From Lytechinus pictus (lineage: Eukaryota), in NCBI RefSeq assembly GCF_037042905.1, contig NW_026974241.1, positions 1 to 64,000 on the forward strand: a DNA stretch of 64,000 bases, written 5' to 3'. The stretch's first letter is position 1; each line of letters begins with the position of its first letter. Position numbers and translations under genes: made by a program. The notes under the pieces were generated by a model that was given only the letters and a program-made list of their open reading frames with translations, was not told the DNA's origin and searched no databases. Shown here piece by piece: positions 51,101-64,000 of this stretch.

Positions 51101-54100
51101 AAATTCGAAAAAAAAATATCTACACACTGTTTCTCCATTTGAAAAAAAATTAATGATTTTGTTGTACCTTTTTTATCCATTAACAGAATGATGTTCCCGC
51201 CAAATATCATCGAGGCAACATTCAGGACTGTAAGTCAATAATCAATCAATCAACCGATCGATTGAATTGATTGTTTGATTGTTTGATTCACATTCATTTC
51301 TTCATTCACTCATTGCGTTTTTATGCAATTTTGTTTATTTAAATCTTTTGTTTATTCTGTTAATTTATTCCCTTCATTTCTCTATTCGTTCAGTTATTTT
51401 TATTTTCAACTGCATTATATTTACCTACATTTCTTTAGGTCAATAATATAGTGGAAAAAATTATCACGTACTCTCGATAAAGTGTGATTAATTGGTATGC
51501 TTAATTGTCTTGTTTAAAATGGTCGCTCGCATTTCTGCTTACTTCTTTGCTTATGATTACTACTTTTTTGTGTGGAGATTTTATGAATAAAAAAAAGAAA
51601 TGAATATAATAAACCTCTATGAATCAATTTGTCTATGGCGAGACCTCACTACTAAAAACGCTAATAATTTGATACAAGTCAACTCAAGGTAGCAAATATT
51701 GACTCAGTGTCATTTGATCAGTTTCCATTTTTCTTTCTTCTTTGTAGGTCAGATTTCCCTTGACTTTGCCTATCATTTTTAAAACAAATATTTCGGGGGG
51801 GGGCGGGTGCTCAGTGCAGTAATGAGCCAAACATTTTGAGGGGGCAGATATGGATATATGGTGGATGGAGCAAAAGTTCTAGAATGATGAAAGTGCGAGG
51901 GAGCAATATTTTGTTAACCAAAATATTATTTTTTGATAGATTTCGACATAATATCCAGAAATCAATATAATATGTCACTTTTTCCCTTTCCATCTATTCT
52001 CATTTTTTTTAGACGGGGGAAACTTTTTAGGGGCCATGGCCCCCAACCCCCCCCCCCCCCACACCATATGTGCGCCAGTGGGTTACCCATTAAAAAATCG
52101 TAACAATATTGCAATAGATATAATTAATAATGCTTGAATTAATTTTCATATATCTTTATCTACCCGTCTATTTGAATGAATGACACAACAAGCCCATGAG
52201 CGCAAATATAACTTTGAATTTGACGTGTCTAAGCGGCTGGAATATATACATGTAACTACGATATGACATGTAAATCCAAAATATCTGAATCAATAAATGG
52301 CAAAGAAATACATCGGATATGAATTTGATCCGAGTTAATGGCATGGATCATATTCCATAAAATAGTAATCCAAAAAGGAGCAAGATAGTATTATGTCCAT
52401 GCAAGTTAAGGGCAAATAAGAGTACATGTGTCCTGGGTATTTGCTAATCCAATTATAAGTTGATTGATTATCTGCTAGGTTGTTGATTGGGAAGTTCATC
52501 CTGACGAAAGTTTCTACAAAAAAATACCGGAAAAGGTTTGAGGAAAATCCATTAAAAATTAACAAAATTATCAGGATCATGTTTTTTTTATTTGTGACGT
52601 CATATACGAGCAGATGCCCAATATGTTATGTATTGTAAAATACATAGATTTCATATTTTTAGTAGTTCATGACGACTATTTTTTTTTACTTTCAAGAGCG
52701 GTATTTTGTTTCTGTTGATACACTTGAAGGTACAATAAAACCTATTTTCAATTTTGAAAAGAAAATTACATTTCATTGATGTTTTTTATTCACGATACAT
52801 TGGAAGCTGTTTGCAGATGACGTCACAGATAAACAAATTGAAATTCTATTAACTTTTAAAATCTTTGATGGATTTTCTCAAACCTTCATCAATAGGCCTG
52901 TATTTTATATTTTTGGAGGGGTAATGTTTGCGATAAAATTTAGTTATGGAGAACTTCCTCCCATTTTACTCAATGCCAATTTTTGTGCTCTACGTAAACA
53001 AGAATCAACAAGTTATAAGAGTGAAAAGGTGAAGTAAAGGAAGAAAAAAGAAGAAGGAAGAGGGAAATAAAAAAAAGAATATCAAGAAAATGCAACATGA
53101 AAATAACGAAAAGTACAAGAAGAAAAGGGAAATAGAACAAAGAAATTACATAAGAAGGGCAAATAAAAGCGAAAGAAAATACTGGATGATAATTGAAACA
53201 AAAGAGAAAAGAAAAATAGGAAAAGGGTACATTAAAGGAAGAAAATAATACTTCGATTTTAAGAAAATTAACAATGTATTCATGATAGTATTGCTTCCCT
53301 CCTAATTTTAACTTTGTCAGTTCTTATCTAACAGCTGGCAGTTCTTGAAATAACTACAATTATGATTAATATCGCTAATAATGCTTTATATTTTAGTTTA
53401 GATATATATGTTTTAATACCCTGAATCTATTTTGAGATGATGAAATTGTGACATGTTCGATCGAATTATGATGAAGTATCAACATTTAGAATCAACTATT
53501 AAAGTATGTCCCTATGTAAAAGAATGAATAGAACAAAATGATTTGTACAAAGACGTTAGACTTTATCGATACTCCACAGGAAACGTGTGTTACAAGACAA
53601 TTAAATATGAGTAATTTTGAGTAAATAATGAGTAATTAATTAGTAGCGGACATGTCTTTAATTAACCCGGTAAAAACCTACCACATTATTTCTAGCAAGA
53701 AAAAGACAAACTGATTAAAATATCGGGGAAACTCGCGATTGAATTATTTTGGCGAACAGGTTTGCTCAGAAACGATTATGACAGGAAATGTGTGTTTTAA
53801 ACCGAATCTACTTTTAGCTGTTTTTAGCTCATGGCCCTGGGAAGGTTTTTCAAGATTTTTCTTGGCGTAGTAGTACGTGTGTTATACGCCATAGGGAATC
53901 AGGTTGATATGCTAAATTGCAGTTTTGTCCAGAATCACCTCCTTTTCAAATTACGTTCAATTCCAAATCAAACTTTTAAGTCTCCAAATTGCGCGTTATT
54001 GGCTGCTGTAGGATGGTGGGAGGTTTTTTTCAAGGGCAAATACACAATTTTATTATAAATCTCATTCTATTTTATTTCATGTTTTGAGGGGGAGGGGTAA

Positions 54101-57100
54101 CAGCTCTCCGAAACCCCTATTCTCCTGACCTGAGCAATATATCCCCCAATTTGTTTATTTTTAGTACAAGACACGGCAGATTACAGAGGTTGTCGAAGCG
54201 ACGATGATGCCGATGATGACACAGACCACAGACATGATGACGGACTCGATGACCACGGACATGATGAATACCACGGGGATGATGAACTCGACAACGATGA
54301 CGGGTCCCATCACCATCGTGTATTCGAGTGGGGGTTATGAGTACAAGTCCAATATCCTGGGCCTGGTCGTGTTCTCCTGCGTGTTTGGTGCTGTACTCGG
54401 GCGTCTTGGTGAGAAGGGGGTACCCTTCAAGGCCGTGGTCGAGTCCATCATGGAATGCGTCATGGTCATCGTCGGCTATATCATCTGGTAAGTGATCACA
54501 GTTGTGATCTATCGTCATGTACAGTGGCGGATCCAGCTATAGAATCCAGCAAAATTATGCAGACACCTATTTTGTTTCTATATGTACCATTGTTTTCTTT
54601 CATTCAGTTGGCATCTCAACAATTCGTTTACGTCATGCCATAGGACTTTACGTTATCACCATATCATATTAATGGGAAAAGATGATCCAAGATATTTCAG
54701 AGGATAAAACAAATGAGCTAAGTTTATAGTACTGAAATTATACATGTATATTTCTTAAAGTCAATTTTAATCCATTTGCCAATATCTAGGATCATTATTT
54801 TCACTGTCTAAAGATGAAAATTTTAATTCGTTAATCGTATACAGGCATCTCCTTCAAGGTGCAAAAATATACACTTTTTAAAGTCCGTCTTGGCATTTTA
54901 GTAATCACTTCGCAGACGTTTTCTATAACGCAGAGAATCTATTGTCAAAAGCCCTTCAATGACAAACAGCCTTTGTCGAAAATCGGTGAATCAAAACATC
55001 AGTGTCGTCCTGGACTCTGAAAAAACGACATCTTTGCATTTTTTAGTCTAGTCCGAAATCTTAAGAAGAGGTGCTGTCTCGGTTCACCAACTTTCGACAA
55101 AAACCTCTCAGCTGTCCATTGCGATTTGACGGGCATTTTCAATAGATTCTCAACGTTGCAGAAAGCGTCTGCAAAGTGAGTGCTAAAAAACGTTAATGTC
55201 TTAGTTGTCGATAGTTGAATAATCATACATTCAAACTTCGTTCTTTGGTTATCTCCTGTGGGTGTATTTTCATATATTTTTCTGTAGATTATCTCCTACA
55301 AGGTTTAAGTAACAAAATATATACAGTACTTTGTAAAAATCCTTCTTTTTTTCTTTTGTCGGTGTCAAGATTCATCATGTTGATAGCAGTTACTCTTAAA
55401 CTTCTTTCTTTAGGTTATCCCCCATTGGAGTATTCTTCCTGGTCCTTGGTAAGATCCTCAGTATGGATGATTGGGCCTTGGTCTTCCAACAAATCGGGAT
55501 GTACTCCGCCACTGTCATCCTGGGTCTTCTCATCCATGGGTTTATTATTCTACCGCTCCTCTACCTCATCTTCACCCGGTCCAACCCCTTCACCTTCCTC
55601 AAGGGTGTGGCCCCAGCCATGGTGACGGCCTTTGCCACCGCATCAAGGTAAGATCGTCCTCAGGGTTTTCACTCAAGCGAGTCATCGCTCAACGACGTAC
55701 GGAGGATTCCAGAACTGAGTAAATGTATTGATAATACTCGTTAAATGACATAGAACAGCTCGGGGTCTTTGCCCCCCAAAATGATCATTCTGAACAGTAG
55801 TTTTGTCGTAAGTTTCAGATCTGACGAAAAATATATTGTTTGTCCAAGAATCAAGGCCTGAACTGCTATTTTGATTCACCAATTTTCGACAAAGACTTCT
55901 TTGTTGCTCTTTGTCGTGACGGGCAATACATTTTCTCTGTTCTCGAATCCTCCTTACGTCGCTATGCGAACTTTACAAAATTACGACGGGATCCTTTCTG
56001 ACACCGGGGCTCCTAACCATGTTAACACAAAGTTTGCGAAGGATATGAAAGAACACTTCTGATTGGTTCCTGTTTAATGTTTTGAACAAAATGCGCATGT
56101 GACATTGATCTCAATTGGCCATTGCAATTTAACGATTGATTGTAAGCCAAGGTATCACAGAGCTTCCCCCTACTGATGGAAAGAAACACATTTTTCCACA
56201 GTGTGTTCACATTGTAGAACACAATGTAAGATCATCTTCATACTGTTTAATTTTCAACAACTGTGTGAATCACATACTCTACTATGCCAACACACTGAGC
56301 ATCCACACCATATAGGTAGCCGCAGTGTGAAATTCCTTTTACACTGCTAAATTTGACCATTTAACTGTGTGAATAATATTTTCACATTGTCCACTATGTG
56401 AACACACTGTGTGACACTGTGTTATGTGTAACAGGGTTAGTAGGTCTGTGAACAATTCAACAACATGGACCAACCATATCAAATAATTCTTCTGAGCATA
56501 CCGGAACCCTACCGCATTCCTTATTCATGATTTTCATGAGATTATTCGGACAAAATCATGGGTGGTTTTTTTTTTCTGTGAGAAAAACGCAACTATACAA
56601 ACCAATAGAAAATATGCCCATTATATACAGTTTCGACATAAACGGAGGAGGGGGAGTTCGGAAGTGTATGTGTGACTTTGTTTCGAATGTCCTCAGGTTC
56701 GATATTTAGTAAAATCGAATCCGGTCTGAGAAAGACTCTAAAATTGATTTCAGAGCCCTGATAAAAAGCATGTCATTGCTAAACTAAGTAAGAAGATTGT
56801 GCCAAATAGCCATCTATAGTATAAAATGTGTAATTCCGAGTGTTATGGAGCTGGTTATTCATTTCAAGTGATGACGTCTGTCCCTGCACATTTTGGAAGC
56901 AAAAGACTTCACAAAACAGAATGTCTTTGTTAAACACACAGTAAATTTTTTTTTAAGTTTGCTAATGAAGTTTTGACGTTGCTGGCTCTTCAAATGTGCT
57001 AATTAAATTTAGTCTGTCGAAAACGTTTATAAGACCGGAGTTTATTAATATGAAATTTACTATTTGAAAATGAGTGAATGAAATCGGTAAACTGGGCGTA

Positions 57101-60100
57101 AATATATAAGTCTATTCTATTCTATTCTATTCTATTGACCTGCTGCTTTTATTAATTCTCAAAGTATGGTGGCGTGATGACTTTTAGGTGGCTGATCACG
57201 GTAGGAACTGGTTGGTTGATAGGGTCAATATTTACTTGTTGGAAATCCACGCCTTTGAAAGAGAGAACATAAATAAGTCGTAACAAATATATAGGTCAAA
57301 GTAGATTGACAGGTGCAATATCTGGGGTTATATTCTATTTTGTGTCATCATGGTCATCTAATTATCAAAAACAAACTTTTTTTGTTGTCAGAGAGCTGTC
57401 GTCCCAAACGATGATTATTCCGTCAAAACGCAACCTTATAAAGTCGACAAACCGTGAATGCTCGGAATACATTGCGGTTTTTCACCTTCCTTTATTTACA
57501 CAATTGCAGTAAAAACAGATCCAGTACATTTTTATACGATATCCAAGGTTCATTCCTAATAAACGAACTATTTATTTATATAGCATCTCCGAGCCCACTG
57601 GATTCTGAAATACCTCACTAAGCACGGGGAAGCAAGGAAAGGGTTAAACAATAATGTATTTACATACAGTACTACAAGGCTGTATTAATTTTGATTTTAC
57701 TGTCAAAATGGAATCTTTGTTTGCTGGTTAATATTATCTGGTTGTATGATCGTGACACTTAGGAAAATCCCTGCCCCTCTCTTTATTAGGGAGATTTCGC
57801 AACACTACGCAGACGTTTTCTAGAACGCTGGGAATCTATTGTCCAAAGCCCTTCATGGCATAACCTTTGTCGAAAATTGGTGAATCAAAACAGCAGTGTC
57901 GTCCTGGACTCTTGACAAACGACACATTTGCAATTTTTCGTCAGCTCCGAATCTCAAGACGATCTGCTGTCTCGGTCCACCAATTTTCGACAAAGACCTT
58001 TCAGCTGTCCATTGTGATATGACAGCCATTTTCAATAGACTTAAACATGTTGTAGAATTCGCCCCTCTTGCAATTGCGAAAACTTAATTGCTACTTACAC
58101 TTCTACCTGCACCAATTCGCCTATATCTCTTTCTCACTCTCTTCTTTCTTTGTCCTCTATTCTTCACTATTTGGTATTATGATTGTCTTACTTTTTGTCC
58201 TTCATTGGTTATAATGTTTAATATTTTATGTAGCATTTTTTATTGTCTTCTGTTCTCTTCATCATTTTGCATACCAGCTTGTTTCAACGGTTCCATGACA
58301 TTTGCTCCTCCACACACTAATCGAAAGACCAACTTCAACACTGGATTTAACACTATACCCTATCCTAAACCTAACCCTAAACCTAACATAAACCCCTACT
58401 GCAACACTAAACCCAACTCTATATCTTAGACGAAATAAAGCCCGGAGCAATTGTCGCTGGAGCAAATGTCGTGTCACCTGTTTGTTTCAACATGTACTAA
58501 GTTGAAACAAGTCTCAAAGGATTGCCTTTCATACAAGCATACAGCTTTTCTTTTCTTTTTTTACTTACTTTTGACAAAGTATTATAGCTACGTGCGAATT
58601 TTTCTTTTCTTCTACTTTGTTATCAATTTACGATTGACCTACTTTGGGATATATTTGACTTTGTTATGTTACTCGGTTAAGTGAACGTGAAATTATTAAT
58701 ACAAATACCAGAAGCGGATCTAGAGGGGGGGTTGGTGGGTTGCAACCCCCCCCAAAAAAAAAATCCGGGGACCATTTTTTTTAATCTTATCTTTTTTTTA
58801 AAACTTGTAATTTTATTTTATTCTATTTTATGCAAGAAAACGCCATTTTCACACACAGATTTTCAAAAATTTTCCCTACTGTGGGAGGGGGGACACCCCC
58901 CTCCCACACCCTCCCCCCTCGCTCGCTCTGCTCGCTTGGACTCGGTCGCTACGCTCCCTCGCATACCACCCCAACCCCCCCCTTTATAAAAAGCTGGATC
59001 CGCCCCTGAATACAGGTAACCACACCTCCATTTTGAATTACAAAGCAAGATTTAAGATGTCATCATTTTGCTCAACACCACAATGGCCGATGTTGTTATG
59101 AATGCAAATATACTGATATACTGCTTTTTAAAGTCCAGATGTAAAAAAAAAATCTGAAGAAATATCAGGAAATAATTGACTTAAGTAATAATGTCAGTCA
59201 AATAACAAAGGAGGCTATATAAGTTACAGAAACCGAACAATTAATGTAATTTTCCATCTTTCTCGCTTCCCTTATTGAAAATCGTAGGGGGTGATTACTA
59301 TAAAAATAGTATATGTATATGTGTATATATCCCTTTATTTCTTTGTCTCTTTTCTCCCGTATAGCTCGGCCACTCTACCCGTAACCATCACAAGTCTTGA
59401 GAACAATAATAAGATTGATAAAAGAGTCACTCGTTTCGTACTTCCCATTGGTGCAACCATTAACATGGACGGAACAGCCCTCTACGAAGCCGTGGCAGCC
59501 ATCTTCATTGCCCAGGTCAACGACTACAGCCTCGACGCCGTCGACGTCATCGTCATCAGGTACGGAAGGGAATGTTCTCATTGGTCAATTTTGAAACCTA
59601 TGTGCGATGAGCTCGGTAACATAAAGCATAATGATCGATCGTACGTGAGATTTATACGATTAATCACAGAAAAAAGATCTGTGCAATAAATCGATTGAAT
59701 CAACCCTCCATTTAATTCCGCTTTTTTATGCTTTACGTTCATGTTCTTTCAACTTTATTTAAACAAAAACAATAAATAAAAAAACATACATCCGAAATAC
59801 ATAAAGCGTGAAACAACGACAAATAACTTCACTGCAAACAAATGTTCAGATTTTCTGACAAAATCTTTATACATTTTCCTTGAGAGTTTGAAGGGCTCTG
59901 AAGTCGATATGTATCTTGTAAAATATAACGGTATTAATGTTACTGTAAGCGTATTTTCGAATTGAATGCAAAATTGTGGGATCAAACACAATCCATTTGG
60001 TTTAAGCATTTTTGTTCCGATCAGCAAACGATTATCGTTGGTGAATATGGATGAATTATACAGAGTAACTATAAGCTTGTAGGGATCGCTGTGAAAGTGC

Positions 60101-61667
60101 ATGCATTACCAACTGATCTATGAATCAAAAGTGCTGAATATTCTTTGAAATTAAATGATCCTGTAAAAAAAGAAAGGACAATCCAATGTTGTAAGAATGA
60201 TTGATAGATTTGAGGGGCGTCCTTTTCAAGCCTTTGTGCTTATGACTGTTCCCTCCCATGCAATGATTGTTTATTGTTATTTTACCATGAGATATTGTCA
60301 ATATATTTTTCTGTTGTACGATTTATTTTTGCATGGAAATAAAGAATCAATCAATCAATCAATTTGTTCAATTTGAAAAAAAGTGTATTGGGTATATTAT
60401 CAGCACGCGAATCGATTTACTCATCACTGCTCATTGAGTGTACGTGGACAATAAGAGATCAACGACATACACATCTTGGAATTGTCTTCACTCTAAAACA
60501 ATATTTGGGGAAAATGCTCCGTGAGGGTAATTATGTGTCCAACCAACATTGCGCATTTCTTTTGGGCATTTTTATATATCAAGTGTGATGAAGATTCGGC
60601 CCATTCTAACGTTATTACTGCTTATTTTTTAACCTTACTGCACAATATGCTTCCCACATTGGGTGAAATACTGCCCAAAATTGGTTGGACACATAATTAC
60701 CCTCGTTCTGGTTAAAATTTTACCCAATATGTTTTTACAGTGTTGAACGCGTTTGGGATCTGCAGCTGGCGAACTCCGTTTACGCGTATTCCTATATCCT
60801 CTGAGGGAGGGCGCTATGAGATTATTGCGTCACAGACAAGGGTTTATATTCTTGGAATAATTTGTTCTTTCTCCCACAGTATCACAGCTACCCTTGCTAG
60901 TGTCGGGGCAGCAGGCGTGCCACAAGCCGGTCTCGTAACCTTAGTAATCGTCCTCAACGCAGTGGGTCTACCAGCCGATGACATCACTCTTATCCTCGTC
61001 ATTGATTGGTTTCTGTAAGTGACGTCATTTCGATTTATATTCTCCTTTGTGTGCATTAGGTAGAAATAATCAAAACAAAAATCTTAAACTTTGGATGGTG
61101 TCTTTTGCTTTCAGAATTCAGATGAATCAGATATTTGTAAGAGTGTTTTATTTTACATTATTGTTTAACAGAAACATTTTAAATAACTTATACACTTGTT
61201 CGTTTTTATTGTGATGCTGATATGGATCCTTAACAACCAAAATATGAGTTCAAATCAAATTATCAAACAGATTCTGTATAAAAAAAAATGTGCCTGCTCA
61301 ATTTACCAATAACCACTTTAATTGGGATACCGCTCCCTCTACTTCAGTTATTCGATCCCTTGGTTCGTTTTAAAGTCCCTTGTCTCCTTATGTATGAATG
61401 TAATTGATTTGAAATAAAATATTGGGAAAGTTAAGTTACCATGTCCTTATTCGGCCTCTTTTCCACAGGGACCGTGTCCGTACCACAGTCAACGTAGAGG
61501 GCGACTCGTTCGGTTGCGGCATAATTTACAAGTACACCAAACCTGACTTTGACCGCATCGACCAAGAGAATATGGAGAAAGCATTGACGAACGGTTACCA
61601 CAACGAGAAGAAAACCCCCATTGATATGCTGGATGGTAACATCTCCGGAGACGACACACGCTTGTAA
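39177..61667 (+). CDS. SLC1A-family excitatory amino acid (glutamate/aspartate) transporter, 537 aa, 8 exons
   Basis: Exons 39177-39413, 40561-40808, 51187-51229, 54165-54487, 55414-55647, 59365-59559, 60880-61014, 61469-61667; GT-AG with consistent phases. Motifs: [77 protein letters not shown]. The specific vertebrate ortholog cannot be assigned by eye. Confidence 0.95.
39852..40070. mobile_element. CACT-terminated palindromic MITE
   Basis: cactaaaaaacaaatcagtcaaaaatgactag ... ctagtcaatttgactaatttgttttaagagtg. Confidence 0.6.
40225..40542. mobile_element. Harbinger-like MITE, 18 nt upstream of SLC1A exon 2
   Basis: TIR ggcccgtattctgaagtc / gacttcagaatacgggcc with 3-bp TSD AAT. A truncated second copy is at ~44386-44640. 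Confidence 0.85.
41248..42127. repeat. Identical 94-bp direct repeat (41248-41341 and 42034-42127)
   Basis: aaggttattattgtatgtttgc...ccgtttcgatttctttcaac occurs twice. Confidence 0.85.
45066..49476. mobile_element. Harbinger-like TIR element split by an Academ-like insertion
   Basis: Inverted ends ctgcaccatcccgagttt / aaactcgggatggtgcag(acggccc); repeated internal aatctcgagatt palindromes. Confidence 0.6.
45160..48689. mobile_element. Academ-like non-autonomous foldback element with ~177-bp internal repeats
   Basis: Termini TAGACGGGTCAATAT / ATATTGACCCGTCTA with 3-bp TSD CGT. Near-identical inverted blocks at ~45195-45340 and ~48520-48665. Units gttacaaggacagtcagtgg run forward in the left arm and reversed in the right arm. 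Confidence 0.75.
50419..50785 (-). pseudogene. Orphan Ig I-set domain C-terminal half plus a hydrophobic (GPI-signal-like) tail, antisense within SLC1A intron 2
   Basis: ...[36 protein letters not shown] (Ig E-F-G strand pattern). In another frame, 50558-50419 reads [45 protein letters not shown]. No canonical donor joins the two. Confidence 0.5.
54900..55195. repeat. Interspersed repeat (further copy at ~57790-58085; fragments near 34050-34260, 35285-35410 and 55860)
   Basis: Shared cgcagacgttttcta..gaatctattgtc..ctttgtcgaaa..ggtgaatcaaaaca..gtcgtcctggactct..ttcgacaaa..cagctgtccattg. Confidence 0.7.
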
Positions 61668-62898
61668 ACCGACATCCCGCCGACATCGATTTCGAGTTCA
61701 AAGACCAATTGGTGCAAACCATTCTACTTTCTACATTCTACATTCTAGTTTCGTAGGCCTTCTTTGAAAACGCAATGCATTTCAGAATGCTCTAGTGGGC
61801 GGAAATCCTAGGGGGACAGGGGGACGCGTCCCCCCTACCCCAAATAGCAGGGGGACACAATATCAAATGTCCCCCTACTATTTTTAGTCTTTTATGATGG
61901 AAAGAATTACATCATTCAAAATCGAAATAAAACATGCATTTTTTTTGCTTGTCAAATTTATTTTGGTCGAAATGACCTTACATTGGGGTATTAACCTTTT
62001 TTTTCCAGCCCTTGGTCCCTCTACCTTTGGGGAGAGATTTCCGCCCTTGGCTCTCATACGAAAGCAAAAGCATTCTACTATTTGATTTTAACTTCTAAGG
62101 CAATATCACTTCTCATCTTTCGACAGGTAACGAATGGAGCTCAAATTTTTGTTGTTACGTAATGACCACTTTCAGTTGCTCAATAGGAAATTAGAATACG
62201 AGGCCTTTGAAAACACGAGAACCGCACAAAATGTTACTGTTTTCATAATTTAGACATAAATTTCAAAGTAATGTCTAAATCTTCGAGAAGCAAATGTAGT
62301 CTACGCAATATCGAATCTAAAAATGTTTACTCAGAATTTTCCTGTATTATAATTTTTTGAAGCATATTGTATTTCTTTATTTTTTCACGGTTAATCGTAT
62401 AAAGTTTTGCTGTGCTTTGTTTTATTATAATCGCATAATGTAATTTGATATTACCTACAAATTGATATCAAGCATTTTATGCATTATTTTTCTGTTACCC
62501 AGTGACCACCCCTCTCTCCCCTCTCTTTCTCCCTCTCTCTTTCTCTTCCAAACATGAGTGCATTTTTCCAAAGAGAGCATTACGCACATGATAAAATCCA
62601 GAACTTTATTTCATTTAAATACTGAATTACTTTATCGCCTGTAATGCTTTAACTTTTCATGCTTTTCAACAGGTTAATTACTAAAAAAATTGAATCTTCT
62701 TTTGTGAACCATGGTCACCTACATCCTTTTTATCGTTTATGTCTTTCATTTTTGTTTCATATTGTATATATATATTATACTATAACGATGAGTATATTTG
62801 TATATTTTAGTACTTTCGTATAGTTTTATCGCAGCTTGCTATATACATATTTCGCAATTTACTCCAAATCTCTATGTAGGGTTGTTTTTCAGCCTAAA

Positions 62899-63480
62899 AG
62901 GGATGGTCCAGGCTGAAAGTATTCATAGCTTAATAAATAGAGTAGAATTCACTGAGCAAAATGCTGAAAATTTCATCGAAATCGGATAACAAATAACAAA
63001 GTTATTGAATTTTAAAGTTTAGCAATATTTTGTGAAAACAGTCGTCATGAATATTCATTACGTGGGTTGATGATGTCACATCTCCACTTATTATTTTGTA
63101 TTTTATTATATGAAATTAGGTTTATTCAATTTTTTTCCTCCAAGAACTAGAAAAATTGGATTGACAACTGATTTAGTGCATTAGATATTTATTGCTGCAA
63201 CTTATTTCATTATAAGGGAGATATATTATTCACACAAGTATGAATTAATGAAAAAATATGATTTTATGTAATAACATAAGAAAACAGAAAGTGGAGATGT
63301 GACATCATCAGCCCACCTAATGAATATTCATGACGACTGTTTTCACAATATATTGCTAAACTTTAAACTTCAATAACTTTATTATTTGTTATCCGATTTT
63401 GATGAAATTTTTTGGCATTTTGCTCAGTGAATTCTACTCTATGTATTAAGATATAAATATTTTCAGCCCGGACCATCCCT
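62899..63480. mobile_element. Kolobok-type palindromic MITE
   Basis: TAAA|agggatggtccaggctgaaa ... tttcagcccggaccatccct|TTAA; inverted arms of ~200 bp. Confidence 0.8.
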
Positions 63481-64000
63481 TTAATAGCACAACTCAAAAT
63501 GCTACTCTGGTGAAAAATCCCCCCCCCCCAAAAAAAAAAAAGTAATCTGAGGTTAATTTACACTTTGAAATATCCCACAATTTTAACATGATGCTGCTGC
63601 AATATTGTGAACTCTTATTTCTGTTATTACCAGATTAAGAATTCTTACCAAAAAAATTTGACACCGAGATCAATAAGGTGTCAAAATAATATCTAAATGT
63701 CGCCCTCATTTTCATTTAGATTTTGTTACGTATGTAATCGAACTATTTACAAGTCTGCTATATGCTTGGCAACCAAGACATCTGAAAAATTCGTGCACTT
63801 CCTCATTGGTAAAACCTAAAACACATAAAGGAGTATATTTTTGGCAGGGGCGGACCCGGACCCGCAAGGGGAGAGGTAAATGCCCCTATGATCTAAAAAT
63901 CATAGGAAAGGGAGCGATAGAGATTGAAAAGGAAAGGCAAAATATAGGTTTAGATATTTCAATACCACTTTGTATGATAAAATTGACCGTATTGCCCCTT

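Noticed and set aside
58290-58477. Interstitial telomere (cctaaccctaa)
   Set aside because: It is part of a small dispersed element (gacatttgctcc...ggagcaaatgtc) also seen at ~11160-11360 and ~12900-13100.

Overview
AT-rich, repeat-rich eukaryotic DNA. The repeat families and gene structures suggest a marine invertebrate deuterostome, probably a sea urchin (inference). There are three main units. (1) A minus-strand WDR70 gene with 13 in-frame exons (16910 to 2602); I cannot find its N-terminal exons or promoter in the window. (2) Directly upstream of it, a ~14.5 kb Kolobok-type DNA transposon (~16975-31507) with two convergent, spliced, open genes: a 10-exon, 783-aa THAP/zinc-finger/DDE transposase (minus) and a 3-exon, 219-aa KolX-type protein resembling the Zn/GDP-binding cytoplasmic ballast domain of P2X7 (plus). 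Its right terminus is intact (AGG.../TTAA), but no matching left TIR is visible. (3) A complete 8-exon, 537-aa SLC1A/EAAT-type glutamate transporter (39177-61667, plus) with an unusual Met/Thr-rich extracellular loop. Introns and intergenic DNA carry many MITEs (Kolobok-, piggyBac-, hAT-, Harbinger- and Academ-like), a Helentron-like element, tRNA-derived SINEs, LINE and Harbinger remnants, and an orphan Ig-domain fragment. The strongest lead is the intact-but-one-ended Kolobok next to a 5'-incomplete WDR70, whose splice phases would allow a THAP-WDR70 fusion. All exon models were derived by hand; no searches were run.
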